DNA of 25,758 nucleotides from Candidatus Micrarchaeota archaeon (lineage in GTDB: Archaea > Micrarchaeota > Micrarchaeia > Anstonellales > Bilamarchaeaceae). The stretch spans positions 1 to 25,758 of the forward strand of contig JAGVWJ010000019.1 of NCBI GenBank assembly GCA_018304385.1, given 5' to 3'. A program made the position numbers and the translations under genes. Of this stretch, positions 14,821 to 23,363 are shown piece by piece; position 1 is the stretch's first letter; every line of letters starts with the position of its first letter. Under the pieces are notes generated by a model. That model worked only from the letters and a program-made list of their open reading frames with translations, was not told the origin of the DNA and did no database searches.

Positions 14821-16011
14821 ATGGTACAGGCTGAAATAAATATTGGAATTCTTGGACATGTTGATCACGGCAAGACAACGCTTACTGAAAAATTAACTGG
14901 TAAATGGACTGGCACGCACAGTGAAGAAATAAAGCGTGGTATTTCTATTCGCTTGGGTTATGCTGAGATGTCTGTTTACTTTTGTAATAAATGCAAACGC
15001 TATTCAGTAAAAGAAAAATGTGATTGTGGCGAAAAGGCTGAGTTTAAAAGAAAAATCTCATTTATCGATGCACCTGGCCATGAAACGCTTATGACAACAG
15101 TAATTGCAGCTAGTAGTATAATAGATGGTGCTTTATTTTTAATATCTGCAAATGAAGAATGCCCTCAACCGCAAACAACCGAACATTTGATGGTTCTAAA
15201 TTCTATTGGTATAAAAAATATAGTAGTAGTGCAAACGAAAGTAGATTTAGTTAGTAAAGAAAAGGCAATTGAAAATTATAAAAAAATTAAAGAATTTTTG
15301 AAAGGTACTGTTGCGGAAAATGCGCCGATAATTCCTATTTCAGCAACATATGACACAAATATTAACAAACTAGTAGAAGCAATTGAAACGACAATCCAAG
15401 TGCCAAAACGAGATGCGCACGCGAAACTAAAGATGTTTATCTCACGCTCTTTTGATGTTAACAAACCGGGTACAGAAATAAAAAATCTAAAAGGCGGAGT
15501 GATTGGCGGTAGCGTAGTACAGGGCGTGCTGCACGTTGGCGATGAAATAGAGATAAAACCTGGCATAACAAGAAAAGAAAATGAAAATCCTTCACCAATA
15601 GTTTGCAAAGTTGAATCTTTAAGGGAAGAAAGTGAACAACTAGATGAAGCGAAACCTGGTGGACTTATTGCTGTTGGTACGGCTATTGATCCTGCGCTTA
15701 CGAAATCTGATTCATTAGTGGGTGCAATCATTGGGTATAAAGGTGAATTGCCTGAGGTCGTAAGTACTATTAAAATAAAATACGAAATGATAAAGAGAAA
15801 GGATATTGAAAATCCGCCGTTAAAGGATAGTGAAATTCTTGCAATAAATTTGAACACTGCAACGACAGTTGGTGTTATTGTTGGATTGGCTAAAGGCATT
15901 GCAACTGTCAAATTAAAGAAACCGCTTGTTAATGATAAAAGTGCGCGGGTTGCATTGAGCAGAAAGGTTGGCCAACGCTGGCGCTTGGCTGGTTGGGGAC
16001 AGTTAGTTTAA
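14821..16011 (+). CDS. eif2g: Translation initiation factor 2 subunit gamma (aIF2-gamma)
   Basis: GHVDHGKTT, HSEEIKRGISIRLGY, Zn-knuckle CxxC..CxC, DAPGHE, PQPQTTEH, SFDVNKPG, C-terminal WRLAGWG. Confidence 0.97.
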   Translation: MVQAEINIGILGHVDHGKTTLTEKLTGKWTGTHSEEIKRGISIRLGYAEMSVYFCNKCKRYSVKEKCDCGEKAEFKRKISFIDAPGHETLMTTVIAASSIIDGALFLISANEECPQPQTTEHLMVLNSIGIKNIVVVQTKVDLVSKEKAIENYKKIKEFLKGTVAENAPIIPISATYDTNINKLVEAIETTIQVPKRDAHAKLKMFISRSFDVNKPGTEIKNLKGGVIGGSVVQGVLHVGDEIEIKPGITRKENENPSPIVCKVESLREESEQLDEAKPGGLIAVGTAIDPALTKSDSLVGAIIGYKGELPEVVSTIKIKYEMIKRKDIENPPLKDSEILAINLNTATTVGVIVGLAKGIATVKLKKPLVNDKSARVALSRKVGQRWRLAGWGQLV

Positions 16012-16017
16012 TAGAAA

Positions 16018-16101
16018 CGCCGGGACTGAGATTTGAACTCAGGAACGGTTACCCGCAACAGGTTAGCAACCTGCCGCCCTACCGGACTAGGCGATCCCGG
16101 C
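16018..16101 (-). tRNA. tRNA-Ser (GCT), intronless, long variable arm
   Basis: Minus strand: GCCGGGA-TC-GCCTAGTCCGGTAGGGC-G-GCAGG-TTGCTAA-CCTGT-TGCGGGTAACCGTTC-CTGAG-TTCAAAT-CTCAG-TCCCGGC-G. Confidence 0.95.
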
Positions 16102-16231
16102 AATTTTCTATTTCTATCCTGTATAAATCAGTCTCAGAATAAGAATTAGATAATAAATGAGAATCAAACTTTTTAAAAACCCACAATAAAACTTTTAATA
16201 CTTGTTGTTTAATAGATCAAAGGGGATGCAT

Positions 16232-16450
16232 ATGCCAAAAGCTAAAAAATCAAAAAAGAAGACAGCTAAAGTTGTGAAGAAGAAGGTAGCTAAGGCTAAA
16301 CCAAAAGCACTACCAAAAACTAGAGGAAATCCACATCTAGCAAAACTTAAAAGAAAGGCAGATGCTTTAAAACAGCACTTGGCAAAATCAAAGGAAGATA
16401 GACAAAGCCTAGTAAGATTAAAACAATTGGAAACACAGATAGGTGGCTAA
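16232..16450 (+). CDS. Small Lys-rich protein (72 aa) with an S15/S13e-like C-terminal helical hairpin
   Basis: Lys/Ala-rich N-terminal tail. LKRKADALKQHLAKSKEDRQSLVRLKQLETQI resembles the S15 RKHLxxNxKDxxSxRGLxxIESKI segment. The start could be 16226. Confidence 0.65.
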   Translation: MPKAKKSKKKTAKVVKKKVAKAKPKALPKTRGNPHLAKLKRKADALKQHLAKSKEDRQSLVRLKQLETQIGG

Positions 16451-17070
16451 ACTTTAAACTTCTTCAACCATTCTAATTCATTTTCAATAGTTGTTTCCTT
16501 AGAGTGTCCTGGGTAAATTTTTGTTCCGACAGGAAAATCAGCTAATCGAGCAAGTGTTTCTTTCATTTTATTTGGATCGCTACCAGGTAAATCAACCCTA
16601 CCATACGTCCCAGCAAATAATGTATCCCCAGTAAAAAGAATCGCTTCTTGGGTATGATACAGGCAAATGCTTCCTTCTGTATGGCCAGGTGTGTGTATAA
16701 CAATTAATTCTTCTTTACCAACTCTTATTATATCCGACTCTCTAAGTGCTGCATTAACCATTGTTTTCTCAACCTTTCCTTTATTCATTTTTTCTGACAT
16801 TTCGTCTTTTTCATAATAAGGAATATCCTTACTGTGCATCATTACAGATGCATTCGTCTTTTTTCTAAGATTCGCATTTTCAAAAACATGATCAAAATGA
16901 TAATGCGTATTTACAATTGCACGAATATTTAGATTATTTTCAATTGCAAAATCCAGTATCTTATCTGCTCCTTGCGCTGGATCAATAACTAATGCATCGT
17001 TTGTTTTCTCATCCCAGACTAAATATGCATTATTATGCAATGGTGGAACAATAAATTTTTCAAATTTCAT
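16447..17070 (-). CDS. Metallo-beta-lactamase-fold hydrolase (glyoxalase II/YcbL-like, 207 aa)
   Basis: THYHFDH, HTPGHTEG, FTGDTLF and PGH motifs. Confidence 0.92.
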   Translation of the reverse strand: MKFEKFIVPPLHNNAYLVWDEKTNDALVIDPAQGADKILDFAIENNLNIRAIVNTHYHFDHVFENANLRKKTNASVMMHSKDIPYYEKDEMSEKMNKGKVEKTMVNAALRESDIIRVGKEELIVIHTPGHTEGSICLYHTQEAILFTGDTLFAGTYGRVDLPGSDPNKMKETLARLADFPVGTKIYPGHSKETTIENELEWLKKFKV

Positions 17071-17678
17071 ATAGTTGCCTCCGCTCTTTCTATCGCACCT
17101 TGCAGCAAATCATAGATGCGCGCGTCAAATGATCGAGCCCAAGGAAGAAATATTCTTTTAGTCTCTTCAATGTAACTGGCACGCTTCTTCTTGGAAGGAG
17201 AAGTTGGCAGATCTCGCATATTATCTAATCTATCTGCGAATTTTATCTTTTGTGTATCCGAATCTGCTTCTTTTATCCTTCTATAATACGCCTCTTCAGA
17301 TGACGCAGTTGTTTTTGAAAGAATATTAACCATCCCTGCGACCCTTGGATTAAAATCCCTTGCTAATTGAGCGGATGTAGCATCTGACATCTCCATTGTA
17401 TCATGTAAGATCGCTGCTGCAAGCGCATTCTCATCTCTTACTTGAAATTCATTATATAATATAAGACAAACACGAAGAGGATGATGAATATATGGTGAAC
17501 CATCGTCTCTAGTATGTTTAGCATGAATCCTTTTAGCATAATCAAATGCAGCCTGAACAAGTTGGAAACGCGTTAACTCAGCAGGTAATTGGAGTGTCTG
17601 GGCCAAATTAGCCCCAGCTAATATATCTTTTCTTGCCGCCCTTGAGCCACCTGCATTTACTGCTAATTTATGTTTCAT
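17067..17678 (-). CDS. HD-domain protein of the RelA/SpoT hydrolase (small alarmone hydrolase/Mesh1-like) family (203 aa)
   Basis: HAKHTRDDGSPYIHHP, AAILHDTMEM, IKFADRLDNMRDL. ATGA overlap with the MBL gene. Confidence 0.88.
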   Translation of the reverse strand: MKHKLAVNAGGSRAARKDILAGANLAQTLQLPAELTRFQLVQAAFDYAKRIHAKHTRDDGSPYIHHPLRVCLILYNEFQVRDENALAAAILHDTMEMSDATSAQLARDFNPRVAGMVNILSKTTASSEEAYYRRIKEADSDTQKIKFADRLDNMRDLPTSPSKKKRASYIEETKRIFLPWARSFDARIYDLLQGAIERAEATI

Positions 17679-17679
17679 A

Positions 17680-19254
17680 TTATTCAAACTCAGTTACACT
17701 TTTTTCTTGTATATATAAATAAAGATAATTTGGACCGCCTGCCTTGCTATCTGTACCACTCATATTAAATCCACCAAATGGCTGCCTGCCGACCATTGCA
17801 CCAGTGCTCCCGCCAGTTTCTTTATTTATGTAGAAATTTCCTGCATGGAACCTTTGCATTGCAAGCTCTTTAATTTTTGGATCTTTTGTGAATATACCCC
17901 CTGTGAGACCATAATCGCTGCTTCGCTGTCTTGCTAATGCTTCTTCAAAGCTATTGAATGTGTCAACAACTAAGACTGGCCCAAAAATTTCTTCTCGAAC
18001 GATTCGTGCATCTGGCTTGGTATTTGTAACGATTGTTGGCACTATAAAATATCCTTTTTTATAGTTACCAATTAAGCGCTCGCCGCCAGTTATTATTTTT
18101 CCTTCTTTTTTTGCGATCTCTAAATAGCTTTGTACTTTCTCTAATTGCTCTTCGCTCGCTAATGGACCAGTAAAATTACTTGGATCTGTTCCCTCGCCTA
18201 TCTTTAGTTTTTCTGTTTCCTCCTTTAGCTTTTTAATAAATTGTTCGTATATTTTTTTATCAACCAATGCAACGCTGCATGCACTGCATTTTTGCCCGCT
18301 ATAGCCAAATGCTGCGCGCATTACGCCACGCACTGCTTTATCTAAATCAGCATCATCACAAACTATTACATGGTTTTTTCCACCAGTTTCAAGAATAACC
18401 CGCTTAAACCATTTCTGACCTTTTGCAAATTTTGCTGCGTTTTCATAAATTCTTTTGCCAACTGCAGTTGATCCAGTGAATGAAATAAATCTAATTTTTG
18501 GATGCTCGACTAAATAATCGCCAATATCGCTGCTCGATCCTGGTAAATAATTTGCAACACCTGCTTGAAAACCTGCTTGTTCTAATATTTCAAAAAAATG
18601 ATATGCAATAACTGGTGTAACAGTTGATGGTTTAACAACAGCGCAGTTGCCTGTTACTATCGCAGCAGTGGTCATACCTGCCAATATTGCAAATGGAAAA
18701 TTCCAAGGCGCAATCACCGATCCAACTCCAAGCGGAATATAAAGTAATTTATTTTTTTCTCCTGGTACGTGCACAAGCGCTGCAGGCTGCGAACCAATTT
18801 CATTCATTCTTCTTGCGTAATAATCCATGAAGTCAATACCTTCGGCAACATCAGCAACTGCCTCGCGAATGCTCTTTCCATTTTCTTTGCTTAACCAAAC
18901 ACTTAATTCAAGCTTGCGTTCGCGTGCTAATTGTGCTGCCCTAAGCAACTTCGCTGCACGTTCATGATAAGGAATAAATTGCCATGTTTCAAATGCGCTT
19001 TGCGCAGCATTTATCGCTTGCTCAGCATACTCTTTTGTTGCAAGATGCACCTCGCCAATTTTTTCATCAGTATTTGCAGGATTTTTTACAACATGCTTTT
19101 TTCCTTCAAATATTTTTTTCCCATTTATAATTAGTGGATATGTCTTGCCTAGCTGTTTATTTACCTGCTCGACTGCTTTGTGGAGTGATTCCTGTTTCTC
19201 AGCTAGCAAGAAATCAATATACGGTTCGTTTTTGAATTGAGAAAGCGTTTCCAT
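17680..19254 (-). CDS. pruA: L-glutamate gamma-semialdehyde (delta-1-pyrroline-5-carboxylate) dehydrogenase, RocA/PruA type (524 aa)
   Basis: FKNEP N-terminus, PWNFP, FTGST, LETGGKN, GYSGQKCSACS, EEIFGP, QPFGGFNMSGTDSKAGG. ATG 19254 follows an AGGTG SD. Confidence 0.92.
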   Translation of the reverse strand: METLSQFKNEPYIDFLLAEKQESLHKAVEQVNKQLGKTYPLIINGKKIFEGKKHVVKNPANTDEKIGEVHLATKEYAEQAINAAQSAFETWQFIPYHERAAKLLRAAQLARERKLELSVWLSKENGKSIREAVADVAEGIDFMDYYARRMNEIGSQPAALVHVPGEKNKLLYIPLGVGSVIAPWNFPFAILAGMTTAAIVTGNCAVVKPSTVTPVIAYHFFEILEQAGFQAGVANYLPGSSSDIGDYLVEHPKIRFISFTGSTAVGKRIYENAAKFAKGQKWFKRVILETGGKNHVIVCDDADLDKAVRGVMRAAFGYSGQKCSACSVALVDKKIYEQFIKKLKEETEKLKIGEGTDPSNFTGPLASEEQLEKVQSYLEIAKKEGKIITGGERLIGNYKKGYFIVPTIVTNTKPDARIVREEIFGPVLVVDTFNSFEEALARQRSSDYGLTGGIFTKDPKIKELAMQRFHAGNFYINKETGGSTGAMVGRQPFGGFNMSGTDSKAGGPNYLYLYIQEKSVTEFE

Positions 19255-19263
19255 AAAATACAC

Positions 19264-20598
19264 CTATAATGTTAAAGCACCAGTTTGCTGAGTATATCGC
19301 GCAATGGTTATTAGTCCCCCATTTCTAGTTTTATCCCTTATTATTGCACTTTCTTTTAACATTCTTTGTTTTATCTGTTCTGCAGCGCCAAGATCTGTAT
19401 TAACTATTACTATGTGCGGCGCATCCTTTACACCATTAACTTTGAGCAATGCATATTCTACGCTTGCAATTGCATCACTAGAAATCTCGCCATTAACAGC
19501 ACTCACAGCAAAAAGCTCATTTAATCTTGCATTAAAAACAATGCGCGGGTTGCTGAATCTTCCCAAATCAATCGGATCGCTTACAACTATTGCATGCGCA
19601 TATTGTGCTGGTAGATTATACCCATTATCTTTGGCATATTTTAAGCGAGAAATACCACTTGCACGCAAACTAGCAACAAGATCTGATTCAGGCCCTTCTC
19701 GCAAATTAACAAGTAATTTATCTTCTCCATTTGTAAAGTCAAATAAGCAAGGTGTAACATGTATTCGTTTTTTTACAACTTCTGGGTGTTCTGCAAGCTG
19801 CATTGCTTGATTTATTGTATTGGCTTGATAATCATCATGTGCATGTGATGTGATGTGTCTTCTGTCTACTAGCTCAACAAGCGTATCAACATGCTTGCTA
19901 ACTTTTCCAACATAATGGTCTGCATGCGCATTTGCATCAACTGCACCGCATTTTGCATGACCAATCACAAGCAGCTCTGCACCATCTTTTAGTTTTCTTA
20001 AAGCAGCATCAACCTTAGCTCGTGCAACTGGATTTTTTGGATCATACACATTTCCTGCAACCTGTAAAAATAAAATATTATTGTCAACAAAGTCCCGAAA
20101 TAGCGTTGGGTCGTCGCGTGCATCTGAGCAAATAAGCACTATTGCATCATACTGCTGCACTACCTCAAATGGTTCATGATGGCGTTCGTATTTTTGTCTT
20201 TCTAATCTAAATTCTTCATTACCAAGACGCAATTGCTCGCGAGATTCCTTTAATGTAAGTGGTTGTTGTGCTATTATTTTAGCAGGTAAAATATGTGTCA
20301 TAACCCCTCCCTCCATTAAATCTCTTTTTCCTAATCTTTGTTTATCTCCCCTTGGTCTTACTTCAAGACGAGCATGTCTAAGTGCACCAATAGATAAAAT
20401 CATTTTTTCTGCATCTTGTAGTGCCTTTTCTTCTTTTTTGTTTTTGTATTTGCGTTTTTTTATCTGTTTGTGCAGATCGTAAAGCGTTTTTTCAGGATCT
20501 AGTGTAACACCTGGAATATAATTAATTACGAGTTCGAGCTCAGACAAAAATTGTGGTTCAATTTTTTTTATCTTTATCTTTTTTAATATCTCTTCCAT
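19264..20598 (-). CDS. Beta-class carbonic anhydrase-like protein with one intact and one degenerate domain (444 aa)
   Basis: CSDAR (20116-20130), VAGN and GHAKCG give a complete Cys/His/Cys Zn site. The second domain (ELFAV...ASVEYAL...HIVIV) lacks ligands. ATG 20598 follows GGTGG. Confidence 0.8.
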   Translation of the reverse strand: MEEILKKIKIKKIEPQFLSELELVINYIPGVTLDPEKTLYDLHKQIKKRKYKNKKEEKALQDAEKMILSIGALRHARLEVRPRGDKQRLGKRDLMEGGVMTHILPAKIIAQQPLTLKESREQLRLGNEEFRLERQKYERHHEPFEVVQQYDAIVLICSDARDDPTLFRDFVDNNILFLQVAGNVYDPKNPVARAKVDAALRKLKDGAELLVIGHAKCGAVDANAHADHYVGKVSKHVDTLVELVDRRHITSHAHDDYQANTINQAMQLAEHPEVVKKRIHVTPCLFDFTNGEDKLLVNLREGPESDLVASLRASGISRLKYAKDNGYNLPAQYAHAIVVSDPIDLGRFSNPRIVFNARLNELFAVSAVNGEISSDAIASVEYALLKVNGVKDAPHIVIVNTDLGAAEQIKQRMLKESAIIRDKTRNGGLITIARYTQQTGALTL

Positions 20599-20752
20599 GC
20601 CACCCACCAAGAAAAACTACAAACTTCGTCGTTACAACGGTTTAAAAATGCTCTTAGCCTAAATTAAATTAATTGTGAACGTTCAGTTTAAAATAGGTAT
20701 TGAAATAGGTTTTTAAACACTTTGGGACACATATATAATACAATAAGAAATA

Positions 20753-20888
20753 CAGAGCGACTGAAGGAACATAAGAGATACATCGAACTGCAGACGTGGC
20801 ATGAGAGAAACAATATACCACGTCACTATAGAGAAAATAAGTAGTACGACGCTTTCATTATAATGATAAAACCGGAGGATGACATAGC
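20753..20888 (+). repeat. Dispersed structured element, copy C, forming the leader of the second beta-CA-like gene
   Basis: CATAAG(20770-75)-N17-GACGTGG(20793-99)-N18-CCACGTC(20818-24)-ACTATAGAG..GTAGTACGAC(20841-50)-N38-ATG(20889). Confidence 0.85.
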
Positions 20889-22061
20889 ATGGGTGCCTCA
20901 GCCTTAAGTGGATTGGATGTTAGAAGTCGGATAAGACAAGCAGAGACATTGACTATTCCTGAGTCTTGTAGTGTTCTTACTGAAGGTTTTATGGGGTTTC
21001 AAAGCAGGGATCGCCCGTCTTCTCTAAGCGGCGTGAGCTTTATTAGAATTGCTGGCCAGGCAGTTGGATTAGATAATGAAAATTCTAGAACAGAGATAAG
21101 AAGAATGCTAGATAAGATAAAACCTAATGGTGTTTTCTTAGTTCTTGGACACGGGGGCATTTTTCCATGTGGGGCAGTAGCAGCTAAGAAAGCTGCATTA
21201 GAGCTTGCAACTCGTGGTGAATTGCTTCAAGAACACCCGCTTGTATTAGAACTTGTTAAGCATGTATCTGAAGATGTTGCTGGAAGGGGATCACCCACAG
21301 CTGAATTTATGAATGCATGTTATCAGGCAAGAAAGATCTTACGTGATGATGAGTTTAACGAAATAATTAGGAGAAAAAACCTAACAGTTACGGCTGTGAT
21401 TATGGCAGATGATAAGCCACTAAGCTATGTTGTGCTAAATAAAGAGTGGGGATTTGATGAATTATTTAGAAATCACCCAAAATTAGTTAAATTAAGTGCA
21501 CAAATGGCAAAGGGTCTTAGAAAGATAATAAAAAAGGGTATTGACATTAGTTCTCATTATGCACATGCAATATTTGTTTATGACCCGTTCCGTATAAGAA
21601 CAATACTCGATCCAAGAGAAGAACTTCTGGATGTTGGAGGCATTTCTTGTGTTGACGCAAGGCTAAAACCAAACACACCAGACTGCCCAAAACATCTTTT
21701 TAAACTAGATCCAAATGAATCATTTGCAGTGACTGTTGAGCTTAATGGATCAGTAAACTTTTCATTTGATGATTTAGGTTCAATTATATACGCATTACAC
21801 CATGTTAAAGGAGTAAATAGTTTAAGCAGAAATGGAAATGCTGGAAATGGACATATTGTTTGCTTAGATACTTCTATTGATGCGGCTGTTGCAATTAAAT
21901 TAGCTTTATTAGGTGAGGACGCAATAAGAACTGGAACGATTGAAGGAAGAACAATAACTACTGCAGCATTTAATGGTAAACGCTTACTTATAGATAATAA
22001 AGAGCATGGAATTGAAATAAATTTAGAGTATTCACCAAGAGTAGATATACTAACAGCCTAA
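20889..22061 (+). CDS. Divergent two-domain beta-carbonic-anhydrase-like paralogue (390 aa)
   Basis: Shares IAG, GH..CGAV, YAHAI and SxxYAL with the neighbouring gene. The N-domain lacks CxDxR; CVDAR sits in an insertion of the C-domain (21648-21662). Confidence 0.7.
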   Translation: MGASALSGLDVRSRIRQAETLTIPESCSVLTEGFMGFQSRDRPSSLSGVSFIRIAGQAVGLDNENSRTEIRRMLDKIKPNGVFLVLGHGGIFPCGAVAAKKAALELATRGELLQEHPLVLELVKHVSEDVAGRGSPTAEFMNACYQARKILRDDEFNEIIRRKNLTVTAVIMADDKPLSYVVLNKEWGFDELFRNHPKLVKLSAQMAKGLRKIIKKGIDISSHYAHAIFVYDPFRIRTILDPREELLDVGGISCVDARLKPNTPDCPKHLFKLDPNESFAVTVELNGSVNFSFDDLGSIIYALHHVKGVNSLSRNGNAGNGHIVCLDTSIDAAVAIKLALLGEDAIRTGTIEGRTITTAAFNGKRLLIDNKEHGIEINLEYSPRVDILTA

Positions 22062-23225
22062 ATTCTTCCCAACAATTTCTAGTATGCCTTTTGCATCATG
22101 ACCTAATTTTATAAGGGTAGTATGACCACGAATGCCTTTGCTGCTCATTTTTGTGCTTATTAACCCGAGCATTTCTAAATCGCTTATATATTCATGATAC
22201 CAACGAACGCTTCTTGCGCGCTTATGCAATTTTTTGCACGTACGCTCGTATTCTTCGTAAATTTCTCCTGAGAATAGAAATCCGTCCTCTTCAACATCCA
22301 AACGCGCATAGCGCGATCCATTTAGCGAGATATTTGCTATAGAAAATAAAACCATCTGATGATTCTCTGGCAATGTAGCAACTGTTTCACTTGCAATATC
22401 TATATCAACTTTCTTTCTTGCTAACTCTACTTCTTCATCGCTAATTTTATTTTTACCATTGTGTTCAGCAAGCTCTGCTGCATTATATAAAAGCTTTAAT
22501 GCATAACGTGCATCCCCATTTTCTTGCGCAGTAATTGCTGCTGTTAGATTTATTGCAGATTGATCAATTACATTTTCGTTTAAACCGAGTTCGGCGCGTT
22601 GTTTAATTATTTCACGTAATTGCTCGCTCGTATAAGGCGGAAAGACCATTTCTGTTTCATACAAGCTGCTTTTGCTTCTTGGGTCCAATGCATCTTTAAA
22701 TGAAAGTTTATTTGATATGCCAATTATGCTTACCCCTCCACCTTTTATCTCATCATTCGCGCGCGTAAGCGTATAGATAAGCTCGTCTAGATCCTTAGTC
22801 ATATCTATCTCATCTAAAACTAGGATTAACTGCTTACCGCTGCTTGCTATTTCAATCATTTTCTCGTATAGAAATGGAAGGCCAAAACCTGATTTCTCTA
22901 GCTCGGGGATAAAGTTCTTAAGCGCTTTTTGCAAAACGCGATAACGCGAATTATATATTCTGCAGTTTATGTATTGGATACTTGCTACAACTCCATTCAA
23001 TGTTTCCATTACACGTTTTACTGAGACTGTTTTGCCTGTGCCTGTTTTCCCATACACAAATAGATTTCTTGGTTTTTTATTTTCAAGCGCTGGCGCAATA
23101 ACTGATCTTATTTCATTTATCTGCTGCTCGCGAAAAGGCAAAACTTCTGGTACAAAATGTGGCGAGAGTACATTAGTGTCTCTGAATACTCGGTTGGTAG
23201 ATAAACTTCCAGTAAAATTAGTCAT
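22050..23225 (-). CDS. cdc6: Orc1/Cdc6 replication initiation protein (391 aa)
   Basis: LSPHFVPEVLPFRE, Walker A GKTGTGKT, Walker B LDEID, FPPYTSEQL, GDARYAL, C-terminal winged helix (ISDLEMLGLI). Confidence 0.96.
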   Translation of the reverse strand: MTNFTGSLSTNRVFRDTNVLSPHFVPEVLPFREQQINEIRSVIAPALENKKPRNLFVYGKTGTGKTVSVKRVMETLNGVVASIQYINCRIYNSRYRVLQKALKNFIPELEKSGFGLPFLYEKMIEIASSGKQLILVLDEIDMTKDLDELIYTLTRANDEIKGGGVSIIGISNKLSFKDALDPRSKSSLYETEMVFPPYTSEQLREIIKQRAELGLNENVIDQSAINLTAAITAQENGDARYALKLLYNAAELAEHNGKNKISDEEVELARKKVDIDIASETVATLPENHQMVLFSIANISLNGSRYARLDVEEDGFLFSGEIYEEYERTCKKLHKRARSVRWYHEYISDLEMLGLISTKMSSKGIRGHTTLIKLGHDAKGILEIVGKNLGC

Positions 23226-23230
23226 GTGAT

Positions 23231-23287
23231 ACCTCAGGTGCCAGGAACCTACGGTTCCTAGCGCAACCTCCCTTTCTAATTGGAGGT
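23231..23287 (-). promoter_or_regulatory. Structured 5' leader of cdc6
   Basis: Minus strand: ACCTCC-N10-GGAGGT hairpin, AGGAACC-GTA-GGTTCCT hairpin, then ACCTGAGGT containing the SD. Confidence 0.45.
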
Positions 23288-23363
23288 AGATACATTCTTT
23301 AGTAAAATTTAAAAGACATTGGTTTTTAAATGTTATTAATTATAATTATGTGTGGGTGAATAT

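Noticed and set aside
14821-16011. SelB or EF-Tu as the identity of the GTPase
   Set aside because: The Zn-knuckle, QTxEH and SFDVNKPG motifs, the length and the rps6e adjacency specify aIF2-gamma.
23226-23363. Replication origin next to cdc6
   Set aside because: The spacer is short and AT-rich, but I see no repeated ORB elements (TCCA.TGGAAA..GGGG); only an isolated TTCCAGTAAAA inside the gene. The TTTCCAG/GGAAAC strings in tRNA intron 3 are explained by heptamer repeats.
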